Notes: generated from the sequence alone by a model not told the origin. 32,000 bases of DNA from Jiangellales bacterium (GCA_038246785.1 JBBRVP010000006.1:73304-105303); one strand, 5' to 3'; numbered from the stretch's first letter, positions 7,913 through 16,135 are shown. Numbers and translations: made by a program.

Positions 7913-8716
7913 ATGGGGACGGCACCCCCGCCGGCAGCACCGCCGTCCGCGACGCGCACCCCCGGTCCGACGCTGTTCGTGCGCTACGCCTACCCCCCCA
8001 ACGAGCGCGGTTCGTGCGGCCCGCCGCAGCACCGCACCCTGTTCGAGTACGGCGTCGCCGCCGAGGTCGACCCCGGCCTTGAGCTGCTTGCCCGCCAGTT
8101 CGCCGGGGCCTGGCCCTACCTCGAGTTCATCGCGGGCGTCAGCGGCATCCCGGACCCGCTCGACGCCCGCGTGGTCGAGGCGTACTGGCTCGGCAACGAC
8201 CTGCTCGACCGCATCGACATGACCACGTTCGGCAACGCGTTGATGGACCGCTTCCGCCGGGCGGCCGGCCGCTCATGGACCCACCTCGCCGAAGCGATCC
8301 CGGCCGGTGTCGTGCCGCACCACAGCTTCCACGTGTTCCACGTCTACCCGTGGGTCGGGCTGCTCGGCAACGGCCGCGGGGAGCCGCTGGAGGTCCTGCA
8401 GCGCTGCCGGATCCGCTGGGGCCGGGTACTGAGCGTCGAACGCGACCAGGTGGTGGTGGCGTCCCGGCCGCTGCGCTACGTCGACGGCAAGCTGCTGCTG
8501 GGAGAGCCGGAGCCGGAGACCGCGACCAGCGGGATCGACGGGGTCGGGCTGGCCGCCGGTCTGCGACCCGGCGAGTGGGTCGGGCTGCACTGGGGCTGGG
8601 TCTGCGACCGGCTCACGGCGAGCCAGCTGACCAACCTGCGCCGGTTCACGCTGCGACACGTGGAGATCGTCAACAGCCGGCTGGCGCACTCGGGCCCGGC
8701 GCTCACCCTCGGCTGA
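7913..8716 (+). CDS. Conserved hypothetical protein (I recall this family as DUF6390; unverified)
   Basis: ATG 7913 is preceded by GAGGTG. Conserved-looking boxes are FVRYAYPPNERGSCGP, AWPYLEFIAG, VVEAYWLGNDLL and HHSFHVFHVYPW. Its 3' end overlaps the convergent ABC ATPase gene by 14 nt (8703-8716). Confidence 0.75.
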   Translation: MGTAPPPAAPPSATRTPGPTLFVRYAYPPNERGSCGPPQHRTLFEYGVAAEVDPGLELLARQFAGAWPYLEFIAGVSGIPDPLDARVVEAYWLGNDLLDRIDMTTFGNALMDRFRRAAGRSWTHLAEAIPAGVVPHHSFHVFHVYPWVGLLGNGRGEPLEVLQRCRIRWGRVLSVERDQVVVASRPLRYVDGKLLLGEPEPETATSGIDGVGLAAGLRPGEWVGLHWGWVCDRLTASQLTNLRRFTLRHVEIVNSRLAHSGPALTLG

Positions 8717-9812
8717 CCGGGTGCGGGGCCGCCGCGCTCGCCGGTCCGGGCAGCAATCCCACCCGCTGCATGGCCCACCCGCAGCGCTCTCCGATCGCGG
8801 CCCGCGGGGCGCCACCGCCGCGGACCTCCACCTGGCCCGCCGGGGTGTCCAGCCGGTAGATCGTGTCCGGACCCCGGTAGCGCACCGCCAGCACCCGACC
8901 GGGCAGCGGGCCCCCGAGACCGCCCCACTCGGGGCGCAGCAGCAGCGCCGCGCGTCCGGCCGGCGGCTCCCGCCCGCCCGCGACGGCAACGGTGGCCGCC
9001 ACCTCGCCGACCCAGACCTCGATCGAGCCGGGACCGGCGGGGGCCACGGGGAGGTCGAGCGCGCAGGCCGGCCCCGTCAGCCGGGCGGCCCACAGATCCA
9101 CCGGATGCTCGTAGACCTGCTGTGGTGACCCGATCTGCGCCACCGCGCCGCCGCGCAGCAGCGCCACCCGGTCGGCGACTGTGAAGGCCTCCGCCACGTC
9201 GTGGGTCGCGTAGAGCACGGCCGCTCCGAGGGCCGTCCGCTGGGCCGCCAGCTCCTCCTGCAGCACGGTGCGCAGCGGCGCATCGAGGTGCGCGGTCGGC
9301 TCGTCGAACAGGTAGAGCGCGGCGCCTCTGGCCAGGGCCCGCGCGACACCGACCCGCTGCTGCTCACCGCCGGAGAGCTCGGCCGGCCGGCGGTCGGCCA
9401 GCGCCGCGACACCCATCCGTTCCAGCAGCACCATCGCCCGCTGGCGAGCCTCGGCCCGCGGCTGGCCGGCCCGGCGGATCGGGTACGCGACGGTGTCCAG
9501 CGCCGACAGATGCGGCCACAGCGCGTAGTTCTGGAACACCACCGCGACGTCACGGTCCTCCGGTGGATGGCTGCGCGGGCCGTCGACCACGACTCGGCCG
9601 TCGATCCGGATCAGACCGGAGTCCGGGGCGGTGAAGCCGGCCACCGTGTAGAGCAGTGTGGTCTTGCCGCACCCGGACGGCCCGAGCACCGCCATCGCCT
9701 CACCGGCGCACACGGCGAGGTCCAGGTCCCGCAGCACCGGCCGCCGGCCGTAGGACACGGTCAGCCCCACCGCCTCGAGCGCCGGGGCCGGCTCGCGACC
9801 GGCGGCCGTCAT
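8703..9812 (-). CDS. ABC transporter ATP-binding protein, FbpC/PotA-like with a C-terminal TOBE-like domain
   Basis: This is the C-terminal 369 codons of track ORF 8703..11417. The start is ATG 9812 (MTAAGREP...). Walker A is GPSGCGKTTLL, the Q-loop is VFQNYALWPHL, the signature is LSGGEQQRVGVARAL, Walker B is LYLFDEPTAHLD and the H-loop is ATHD. An ATGA overlap joins it to the permease stop (9809-9812). Confidence 0.9.
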   Translation of the reverse strand: MTAAGREPAPALEAVGLTVSYGRRPVLRDLDLAVCAGEAMAVLGPSGCGKTTLLYTVAGFTAPDSGLIRIDGRVVVDGPRSHPPEDRDVAVVFQNYALWPHLSALDTVAYPIRRAGQPRAEARQRAMVLLERMGVAALADRRPAELSGGEQQRVGVARALARGAALYLFDEPTAHLDAPLRTVLQEELAAQRTALGAAVLYATHDVAEAFTVADRVALLRGGAVAQIGSPQQVYEHPVDLWAARLTGPACALDLPVAPAGPGSIEVWVGEVAATVAVAGGREPPAGRAALLLRPEWGGLGGPLPGRVLAVRYRGPDTIYRLDTPAGQVEVRGGGAPRAAIGERCGWAMQRVGLLPGPASAAAPHPVSRG

Positions 9813-11461
9813 GTCGGCACCGACCGCCGGCCGGCGGCCCGGCGGGCCACCAGCAGCAGGCCGGCGGCGGCGGCGATGAGCAGGGTCAACAGCACCGACA
9901 GTGCCGAGGTCACGGCGACGTCTCCGAGCTGCTGGCGGTCGAGGATGACCACGGCCAGTGTCTTCGTGCCCGGCCCGTAGAGCAGGCTGGAGATGGTCAG
10001 CTCGTGCACGGCGAACAGGAAGACCAGCAGCCAGGCCGCGCCTAGGGCGGGCCGCAGCAGCGGCCCGACGATGGTGCGCACCGCCGTGGCCGCCCCGGCG
10101 CCGCTGACCCGGCCGGCGCGGACCAGGTCGGCGGGCAGGCGTTCGGCGGCGCCGGCGAGCGGACGGTGCCCGAGCGCCCAGAACTTCGCGAGGTACGCGA
10201 CGAGGATGATCGCCAGCGTGTCGCGGAGCGACCCTCCGTAGGCCAGCAGCACGGCCACCGCGAGCGTGGAGCCGGCCACCGCGAACGTCATCGTCACGGC
10301 GGTGCCGAGCACCCGGCCCACCCCGGCCCGGCCGAGCGCCGCGCTCAGCGCGCCGATCAGCAGGACGCCGGTGGCCGCGCCGGCGGCCAGCAGGACGGAG
10401 TTGGACAGGGCCTCGTACGTGTGCCCGTCCAGCGCCGCGGCGAAGTTGGCCAGCGTCCAGTTGGCCGGGACCGGGGCGAGCCCGACCGCCCTCGTCAGCG
10501 CCACCAGCACCAGCGCGAGCATGGGCAGCGCGACGGTGATGGCGAGGAACGTCCACAGCGCGGCAGCCAGACCCCACGACCGTCGCCCCGCCGCAGTCGC
10601 TGCGCCGGCGGCACCGCCGGTGCGCGGTGCCCGGCCCGCCCCGGCCAGCGCGTCGACGGGGGCGATGGCGATCACTGCGATCACGACCAGTCCCACCGCC
10701 AGGGCGGCCGCCGCCGCGAACGCCGCAGGGTCCACGGCCAGGGTCAGGTCCTGGTAGATCCGGGTGGTCATGGTGGGGAAGCCGGCTGGGATGCCGAGCA
10801 CCGCGGGCACCTCGAACGCATTGAGCCCGGTCACGAACACCAACGCCGCGGCGGCGGCGATGCCCGGGCGGGCCAGCGGCAGCGTCACGCTGCGGGCGGC
10901 CAGCCCGGCCGTGGCCCCGCAGGCGCGGGCCGCCCGCTCCAGGTCGGGCTCGACTCGGCTGGCCAGGCTCGCGGCGATGACGAGGTAGCCCACCGGCACC
11001 GCGCCGGCGGCGCCCACCACGACGATGCCGGCCGGGCCGTACAGCCCGTCCCAGTGCAGGCCGACCAGTCGGTCGAGCAGGCCGCCGGGCCCGTACGCGC
11101 GTGTCCAGCCGATCGCGCTCACCAGCGGCGCCCCGAGCAGGGCGGCCAGCAGCGCGCCGCGCAGCCAGCCCCGGCCGGGGGCCCGGCTTCGCTCGGTGAC
11201 GAAGGCCGCGGCGGCGCCGCCGAGCAAACCGAGGACCGTGACGGCGAGTGAGGTCCACACGGTGTTGACCACCGCCTGTCCAGTGGCGCCGGTGCGCAGC
11301 GTCCGGCCGACCGCGGCCGGCCCGTCCTCGAGCGCCACCGCGAACAGCCGGACCAGCGGGATGCCGACGAGCAGGACCAGCAGCGCGCTCACCAGCACCA
11401 GCCCGGCCGGCGTCCACGAGGTCGGGCGCCGCAACGACGGGGCCGCGACCGGATCAGTCAC
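9809..11461 (-). CDS. Iron(III)-type ABC transporter permease, two fused permease domains (FbpB-like)
   Basis: Track ORF of 550 aa. It is strongly hydrophobic throughout, with about 12 TM segments in two repeated halves. The size and duplicated architecture are typical of FbpB/ThiP-type permeases. Its GTG start at 11461 overlaps the SBP stop by 8 nt (GTGACTGA). Confidence 0.85.
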   Translation of the reverse strand: MTDPVAAPSLRRPTSWTPAGLVLVSALLVLLVGIPLVRLFAVALEDGPAAVGRTLRTGATGQAVVNTVWTSLAVTVLGLLGGAAAAFVTERSRAPGRGWLRGALLAALLGAPLVSAIGWTRAYGPGGLLDRLVGLHWDGLYGPAGIVVVGAAGAVPVGYLVIAASLASRVEPDLERAARACGATAGLAARSVTLPLARPGIAAAAALVFVTGLNAFEVPAVLGIPAGFPTMTTRIYQDLTLAVDPAAFAAAAALAVGLVVIAVIAIAPVDALAGAGRAPRTGGAAGAATAAGRRSWGLAAALWTFLAITVALPMLALVLVALTRAVGLAPVPANWTLANFAAALDGHTYEALSNSVLLAAGAATGVLLIGALSAALGRAGVGRVLGTAVTMTFAVAGSTLAVAVLLAYGGSLRDTLAIILVAYLAKFWALGHRPLAGAAERLPADLVRAGRVSGAGAATAVRTIVGPLLRPALGAAWLLVFLFAVHELTISSLLYGPGTKTLAVVILDRQQLGDVAVTSALSVLLTLLIAAAAGLLLVARRAAGRRSVPT

Positions 11462-12464
11462 CGAAGATGGCGCGGTAGCCCGCCCGCAGCTCTGCCTGCC
11501 GCGCGAAGATCGCGGACCAGTCGGGGACGACCTCCGGCAACGGAGCCGACATGGCCGGTACGTCGGCGCGGATCGGGTGCCGGTCGAGCTCGGCGAGCGC
11601 TCGCTGCGCCGGCGGGGTCAGCAGGAAGTTCGCCAGGGCCTCGGCGGCCTGCGTCGCGCGGCTGTCGGCGAAGACCGCCACCGGGGCGTACAGCCGCACC
11701 GCACCCGGCGCCGGGGCCGAGATCTCTAGCGGCGAGCCCTTGGTCACCGCTGCCCGGGCGAGGAAGTCGAGGGTCATGCCGGCAGTGAACCGGCCCTCCG
11801 CCACGCCGGAGATGACGTCACCGGGGGACTGCACCTGCACGGCGCCGTTTGCCTTCAGCCGGCGGTAGTAGTCCAGCCCGTAGCCGTCGGCCAGCGCGAA
11901 GTAGCCGAGCGCACCGAACGCTGACCCGGCGAAGCTCGGGTCGGGCAGCGCGACGGCGTCCCGGTACCGCGGGCCGGCCAGGTCCTGCCAGTTCTTCGGT
12001 GCCGCCCCAGGCTCGGACACCACCACCACGTCACTGGTGGTCACGCCCCAGAAGGTGTCGGTGTGGGCCTCGGCCGGTACGGCGGCCGCCGCCGCTGGTG
12101 ACCAGCGGCGGAGCAGCCCCTGGGCGGCGAACTGCTGCATCGACAGCGGATCGGACAGCAGGAGGACGTCGCCGCGGATCCCGCCGGAGCGCTGCTCGGC
12201 GGCCACCCGCGCGGTTATCTGCCCGGTGGGAGCCCGGAACAGCTCGACCCGGGTGCCGGGGGCGCTGGCGTGGTAGGCGGCCAGCAGCGCGTCGACCTCG
12301 GGCTGGCTGTAGGAGGTGTACAGACGCACCGTCGAGCCCGCGGAGGTGCTGCCGGCCGCACCGGGTGCACCGCCGGACGAGCTGCCGCAGCCGGCGAGCA
12401 GTCCGGCCACGAGCAGTCCGGCCACGAGCAGGGTCGCCGGGACGGCCCGCGCCGGCCGCCTCAC
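11454..12464 (-). CDS. ABC transporter substrate-binding lipoprotein, Fe(III)/FbpA-AfuA-like family
   Basis: Part of track ORF 11454..12719, with the start set at GTG 12464. The signal peptide VRRPARAVPATLLVAGLLVAGLLAGC ends in a lipobox (LAGC). The mature part reads TVRLYTSYSQPEVDALLAAYHA..PGTRVELFRAPTGQITARVAAEQRSGGIRGDVLLLSD, like family-1 Fe3+ binding proteins. The GTG overlaps the hypC stop (GTGA, 12461-12464). Confidence 0.85.
   Translation of the reverse strand: MRRPARAVPATLLVAGLLVAGLLAGCGSSSGGAPGAAGSTSAGSTVRLYTSYSQPEVDALLAAYHASAPGTRVELFRAPTGQITARVAAEQRSGGIRGDVLLLSDPLSMQQFAAQGLLRRWSPAAAAAVPAEAHTDTFWGVTTSDVVVVSEPGAAPKNWQDLAGPRYRDAVALPDPSFAGSAFGALGYFALADGYGLDYYRRLKANGAVQVQSPGDVISGVAEGRFTAGMTLDFLARAAVTKGSPLEISAPAPGAVRLYAPVAVFADSRATQAAEALANFLLTPPAQRALAELDRHPIRADVPAMSAPLPEVVPDWSAIFARQAELRAGYRAIFGD
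12396..12431 (-). repeat. In-frame 15-nt tandem duplication (2.4 copies) inside the SBP signal peptide
   Basis: On the plus strand, GAGCAGTCCGGCCAC occurs at 12396-12410 and again at 12411-12425, followed by a partial GAGCAG. It encodes the repeated LLVAG-LLVAG-LL in the h-region of the signal peptide. Confidence 0.9.
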
Positions 12465-12721
12465 GCCGGCGCCCCGTCCGGCCCGTCGAGCGGGCGGCCC
12501 ATCAGCTGCAACCCCTCCAGTGCCTCCCGGGCCGCCGCCTCGTCGACCTTCTCCATGGCGAAGCCCATGTGGATGAGCACCCAGCTGCCCGGCTCGACAC
12601 CCGCGTCCTCGAGCATCCCGATGTTGACCTTGCGCTGGCCGCCGACGACGTCGACGAGCGCAAGCTGGTCGCCGTAGCCCTCGACGAGCTCCACCACCTG
12701 GCCGGGAATCCCGAGGCACAT
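12461..12721 (-). CDS. hypC: HypC/HybG/HupF-family [NiFe]-hydrogenase maturation chaperone
   Basis: Track ORF of 86 aa. The N-terminus MCLGIPGQVVE is the invariant HypC signature (Cys2). VNIGML....PGSWVLIHMGFAME is typical of the family. Confidence 0.95.
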   Translation of the reverse strand: MCLGIPGQVVELVEGYGDQLALVDVVGGQRKVNIGMLEDAGVEPGSWVLIHMGFAMEKVDEAAAREALEGLQLMGRPLDGPDGAPA

Positions 12722-12725
12722 GGGC

Positions 12726-13229
12726 TCAGCCCCCTTCGACGGTGACGCCGGACGGTTCCAGCAGCCGCTCCAGCTGCTGGCGGACGAGCTGCACCGCTGG
12801 TTCTACCGCGGACTGCACCGGCTCGGACATACCGATGCCCTCCGCGCAGCCGGCCGGCTGGCATCCGACGACGACGGTACGCGGAAGGGTGCCGCCCAGC
12901 GTCTCGAGCCCCGCCAGTACCGCCACCGGGTCCATCCCGTGCGCGTCCAGCTCCCCGCCCCCCAGGTCGGCGGCGCTCACCTCGATCACCCGCAGCTCCC
13001 CGGGCCGGCCGGGCCTGTCCTCGACCGGTGCCGGCACGGTGTCGACGAGCACGAGCGCGTCGTAGCCGTCGAGCAGGTCGTAGGCCAGGTGCGCCCCCCT
13101 GATGCCGTAGTCCACGACCCGCACACCGTCCGGCAACGGCCGGCCGGCCAGCCGGCGGGCCACCTCCGGACCGAAGCCGTCGTCGCCGAGGAACAGGTTG
13201 CCGACGCCGGCCACGAGGATGCGCGGCAC
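12726..13229 (-). CDS. [NiFe]-hydrogenase maturation endopeptidase (HyaD/HybD/HupD family)
   Basis: This is the C-terminal 167 codons of track ORF 12726..13892. The GTG start at 13229 sits 6 nt after GAGGAGG. The N-terminus is VPRILVAGVGNLFLGDDGFGPEV, carrying the GN...GDDG.G protease signature. DAHGMDP lies further downstream. Confidence 0.92.
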   Translation of the reverse strand: MPRILVAGVGNLFLGDDGFGPEVARRLAGRPLPDGVRVVDYGIRGAHLAYDLLDGYDALVLVDTVPAPVEDRPGRPGELRVIEVSAADLGGGELDAHGMDPVAVLAGLETLGGTLPRTVVVGCQPAGCAEGIGMSEPVQSAVEPAVQLVRQQLERLLEPSGVTVEGG

Positions 13230-13258
13230 GTGCTTCCTCCTCGCTGTTCCGGGCTCGC

Positions 13259-13378
13259 TCACATGCTGCGCATCTCGAGGTAGCGCTTGATGTCGGGGAT
13301 CGAGCGCAGGCCGATCACAGCGGCGCCGGCGACGGCCGCCGCGAGCAGCGCAGTGGTGAAAACTCCTACTGCCTTCAC
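13259..13378 (-). CDS. 39-aa single-TM microprotein (I recall the family as DUF6893; unverified)
   Basis: It is hidden as the last 39 codons of the spurious track ORF 13259..14629. It reads VKAVGVFTTALLAAAVAGAAVIGLRSIPDIKRYLEMRSM. The GTG start at 13378 overlaps the stop of the upstream 475-aa gene (GTGA, 13375-13378). The protease SD follows within the next 30 nt. One hydrophobic helix is followed by a basic amphipathic tail. Confidence 0.65.
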   Translation of the reverse strand: MKAVGVFTTALLAAAVAGAAVIGLRSIPDIKRYLEMRSM

Positions 13379-14802
13379 GGGTCCTCCTCCTCCCGGCGGG
13401 TGCGGGACGGTCCGGCGTCCGCGAGGGGCTCCAGCTCCTCGGGGGCGAAGTGCAGGTAACGGCCGTACCAGTCGTGGAGGTCGGCAGCGGGGTCGTCGTC
13501 GAGGACGACGGCGACATGCGTGCCGCCGTCGACGTCGCGCTGCACGGCGGCCACGCGAGCGGTGCGTCCGGCGAAGAAGAGGTCCTGCGCATCGGCCCGG
13601 CGGGACGGCCGCAGTCGCACCAGGCTGCCCTTGCCGACGACGGCGGCACCGACCTGGACCGTCTCGCGCTCCGGGTCGACGGCGGCGTCGACCCCGGGGT
13701 CCCACCACGGGGTGCCGGGAAGCGGGAACTCCGAGATCGGGACCTCGGGGCGCGGGAACTCGGCTGGCGGCAGCTCGGCGCTTGCCGTGGGGCTCCAGGT
13801 CGCCGCGCCGTGCGGGTCGCGCAGCACGCCGTGCAGCCGCTGCAGGTCGGCCGGCGACATCGCCTCGACCCGGTCGAGGATCGCGGCGGCATGGGCGTCG
13901 GTTGCCCGGGCCGCCGCCTTCTCCTCCTCGGTGAGGGTCAGCACCCGCAGGGTCAGGATCTCGTCGATCTCGGTGGAGTCGAACAGCGCTCCAACGCTCT
14001 CGGGCGCTATCGCCGGGTGGTCGTACAGGATGATCGGCGAGAGCAGGGCGATGTCGGTCTCGCCCTGCTCGCCGGCCAGCACGGGCCAGCAGCGGTGCTG
14101 CGCGCACCGCTCCGCGGCGTCGACGGCGTCCGCCGGGGGATCGATCACCGACACGAACTCCGCGTCGGTCACGGCCAGCAGCACGTGCGCACCGATTAAC
14201 GACGCCTGGATCGCCGCGTCCTTGGTGCCGTCGGCGGGGACGAGGTTGTGCACGGTCGTCCGCAGCCGGAGCAGGGAGCCGTCCTGCTCGGCACGCAGCC
14301 CCAGCTCTCCCCGCAGCGCCCGGCGACGGCGCAGCAGCCGCCCGGCGAGCGCGCCGGCAGCGTCGCGCAGCGGCTCCGTGTCCGCTCCGCCAGCCACCGC
14401 GATCGGCGTCCGCCACCCCGCCCGGAGAGCCTGGACGTCGACCGGTCCGAGCTCGAGCTCCCGCTCGACGGCCTCGTCCCAGGCAACCCAGCTGGTCCCG
14501 CCGACGGTGAGCTCGTCGACGGGGGTCGTCGAACCGTCGGGGTCGACCCGCTCGAGCCCGCGCCGCTGCAGCTGTAGGAAGCGGACGAAGACCCGGACCC
14601 GCGCCTGTCCGCCCGCGCGCAGCAGGCACTGCGCGGACATCTCCGATTCCTCACCGACGCCGGCCTCGGCCGCACCGACCGGCCCGAGGACGCCGAACTG
14701 CCAGCGCACCTGGTTCTTGCGCGAGGTCGACCGGTACGGATAGAGCAGGTAGCCCTCGTAGAGGACCGCGTCGGCCACCGCGCGCGCCAGGGCGAGGCTC
14801 AC
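13375..14802 (-). CDS. Conserved hypothetical protein, 475 aa, hydrogenase-linked, function unknown
   Basis: Track ORF 13375..14802. Boxes that look conserved are LYEGYLLYPYRSTSRKNQVRWQFGVLGP, HRCWPVLAGE, LSPIILYDHP and FDSTEIDEILTLRVLTLTEEEK, plus a C-terminal beta-rich part GSLVRLRP..ADAQDLFFAGRTARV. It has GTGA overlaps at both ends (14799-14802 and 13375-13378). Confidence 0.85.
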   Translation of the reverse strand: MSLALARAVADAVLYEGYLLYPYRSTSRKNQVRWQFGVLGPVGAAEAGVGEESEMSAQCLLRAGGQARVRVFVRFLQLQRRGLERVDPDGSTTPVDELTVGGTSWVAWDEAVERELELGPVDVQALRAGWRTPIAVAGGADTEPLRDAAGALAGRLLRRRRALRGELGLRAEQDGSLLRLRTTVHNLVPADGTKDAAIQASLIGAHVLLAVTDAEFVSVIDPPADAVDAAERCAQHRCWPVLAGEQGETDIALLSPIILYDHPAIAPESVGALFDSTEIDEILTLRVLTLTEEEKAAARATDAHAAAILDRVEAMSPADLQRLHGVLRDPHGAATWSPTASAELPPAEFPRPEVPISEFPLPGTPWWDPGVDAAVDPERETVQVGAAVVGKGSLVRLRPSRRADAQDLFFAGRTARVAAVQRDVDGGTHVAVVLDDDPAADLHDWYGRYLHFAPEELEPLADAGPSRTRREEEDP

Positions 14803-15440
14803 CGGACGACCTGACCCGCCTCGGCCAGCAGCGCCTCGACCGTGGCGTCCCAGCTGAGCAGGCCGCGCTCGGACTTGAAGCGGGCGAGCGCAGCGAGGGT
14901 GTCACGGTCGAGTCGCAGCCACGAGCTGCCGGGGAAGTAGCGGTCCATCAGCTCGCGCCACACCCGTACGGGCAGCCGATAGCTGCACTCGCGGTCCCAC
15001 GGGACCTGGGCCACCGAGAAGCCCGTCGTGCCGCGGGTGAACACGGTCCCGCTGAACAGCAGCACGAGCGGGATCTCGCCGTCACGCAACGCCTGCAAGT
15101 AGTTCGTGCCGGCGACCTCGAAGTCGTACGTGCACGGCAGCGCCAGCTCGACCTCGGTGCCGCCGGTGAAGCCCTGCACCATCGCGGTGGCGTGCAGCCA
15201 CAGGAACGGCTTGACGGTGTCGCCCCAGCGCGGGCGAGGTCCGAACAGGTCGGCCAGCCCGGCCGCCTCCGCGTCGTCGTAGCGGCGCCGCTGCGGCTCG
15301 ATGCGGACCTGGGCGCGCAGCGCGAGCGCGTGGACGACCTCGCCGGTGGTCTCCTCGACCCGGAGCCGGGCGACCAGCGTCGGGACGGCGGCGTACGGCT
15401 CGGCGGCGATGTCGAGGACGGAGAACGTGAGCGCGCTCAT
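14799..15440 (-). CDS. Conserved hypothetical protein, 213 aa (I recall the family as DUF6084; unverified)
   Basis: This is the C-terminal 213 codons of track ORF 14799..16688, with the start at ATG 15440 (MSALTFSVLDIAAEPYAAVPTL...). An ATGA overlap joins it to the upstream gene's stop (15437-15440). The sequence is protein-like and non-repetitive. Confidence 0.8.
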   Translation of the reverse strand: MSALTFSVLDIAAEPYAAVPTLVARLRVEETTGEVVHALALRAQVRIEPQRRRYDDAEAAGLADLFGPRPRWGDTVKPFLWLHATAMVQGFTGGTEVELALPCTYDFEVAGTNYLQALRDGEIPLVLLFSGTVFTRGTTGFSVAQVPWDRECSYRLPVRVWRELMDRYFPGSSWLRLDRDTLAALARFKSERGLLSWDATVEALLAEAGQVVR

Positions 15441-16135
15441 GCCGGCGCCCCCGCCCCGGGTGCAGGCCGGCTGCGCGCGGCCACCGACGTGAAGAAGTCC
15501 TCGATCGTGTCCCGCGCGTCCTGGCCCCCGTCGAAGCCGCGCCACACCTGGCGCAGCCGGCCGACCAGCTCGTAGCAGGCGTCGATCGGCACCAGGTAGC
15601 ACTGTGGCGGGTCGCCGGGACCGCTTCGCGACGCGTCCGGCACCCGCACGATCAGGGCCTCGACGTCGGGGGCCAGTGCCCCCAGCCCGGGGTTGCCCGC
15701 GACCACCTCGGCCCACGCCTCGAGCGCGAGCTCGGACTCGGCGGCTCCCGCCGGGCCCGGGTAGAACGCGACGGTCCGTCCGAGCACGGAGTTGTCGAAG
15801 AAGAAGGCGAGCCCGACCGGGATCTGCAGCTGCTCCCAGAGCCCCGGCTCGAGCCGGAACTGCGGGAAGGACAGGTAGCGGTCCGGGACGGCGCGATAGC
15901 GCAGCTGCGCCCCCTCGGCGGTGAAGAGCAGGTAGCAGGCCCGGCAGGTGCACATCAGCCCGCGGCTGGTGAGGTCGACGACGTGGGAGTGGGGCTCGGC
16001 GATGGGCGTCGCGCACATCTCGCAGCGCTCCCCGGGCGAGGGTGCAGGCCGGTTGGTCGTGATCCGGCTGAGTACCGCCAGGGCGGCGGCGTCCGGGCCG
16101 GTCCCGCCCGGCCGCGATGTCGCTGCCGGCTTCAC
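15437..16135 (-). CDS. Conserved hypothetical Cys-rich protein, 232 aa (I recall the family as DUF5947; unverified)
   Basis: Track ORF 15437..16135. It has a Cys cluster, CEMCATPIAEPHSHVVDLTSRGLMCTCRACYLLF (CxxC...CxCxxC), that looks like a metal site. The GTG start at 16135 overlaps the upstream stop (GTGA, 16132-16135). Confidence 0.8.
   Translation of the reverse strand: MKPAATSRPGGTGPDAAALAVLSRITTNRPAPSPGERCEMCATPIAEPHSHVVDLTSRGLMCTCRACYLLFTAEGAQLRYRAVPDRYLSFPQFRLEPGLWEQLQIPVGLAFFFDNSVLGRTVAFYPGPAGAAESELALEAWAEVVAGNPGLGALAPDVEALIVRVPDASRSGPGDPPQCYLVPIDACYELVGRLRQVWRGFDGGQDARDTIEDFFTSVAARSRPAPGAGAPA

Noticed and set aside
13259-14629. 456-aa minus-strand ORF overlapping the 475-aa hypothetical gene
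   Set aside because: This alternative frame gives Arg/Pro/Gly-rich sequence. Only its last 39 codons, downstream of the stop of the real 475-aa gene, are credible, and they are reported as the microprotein.
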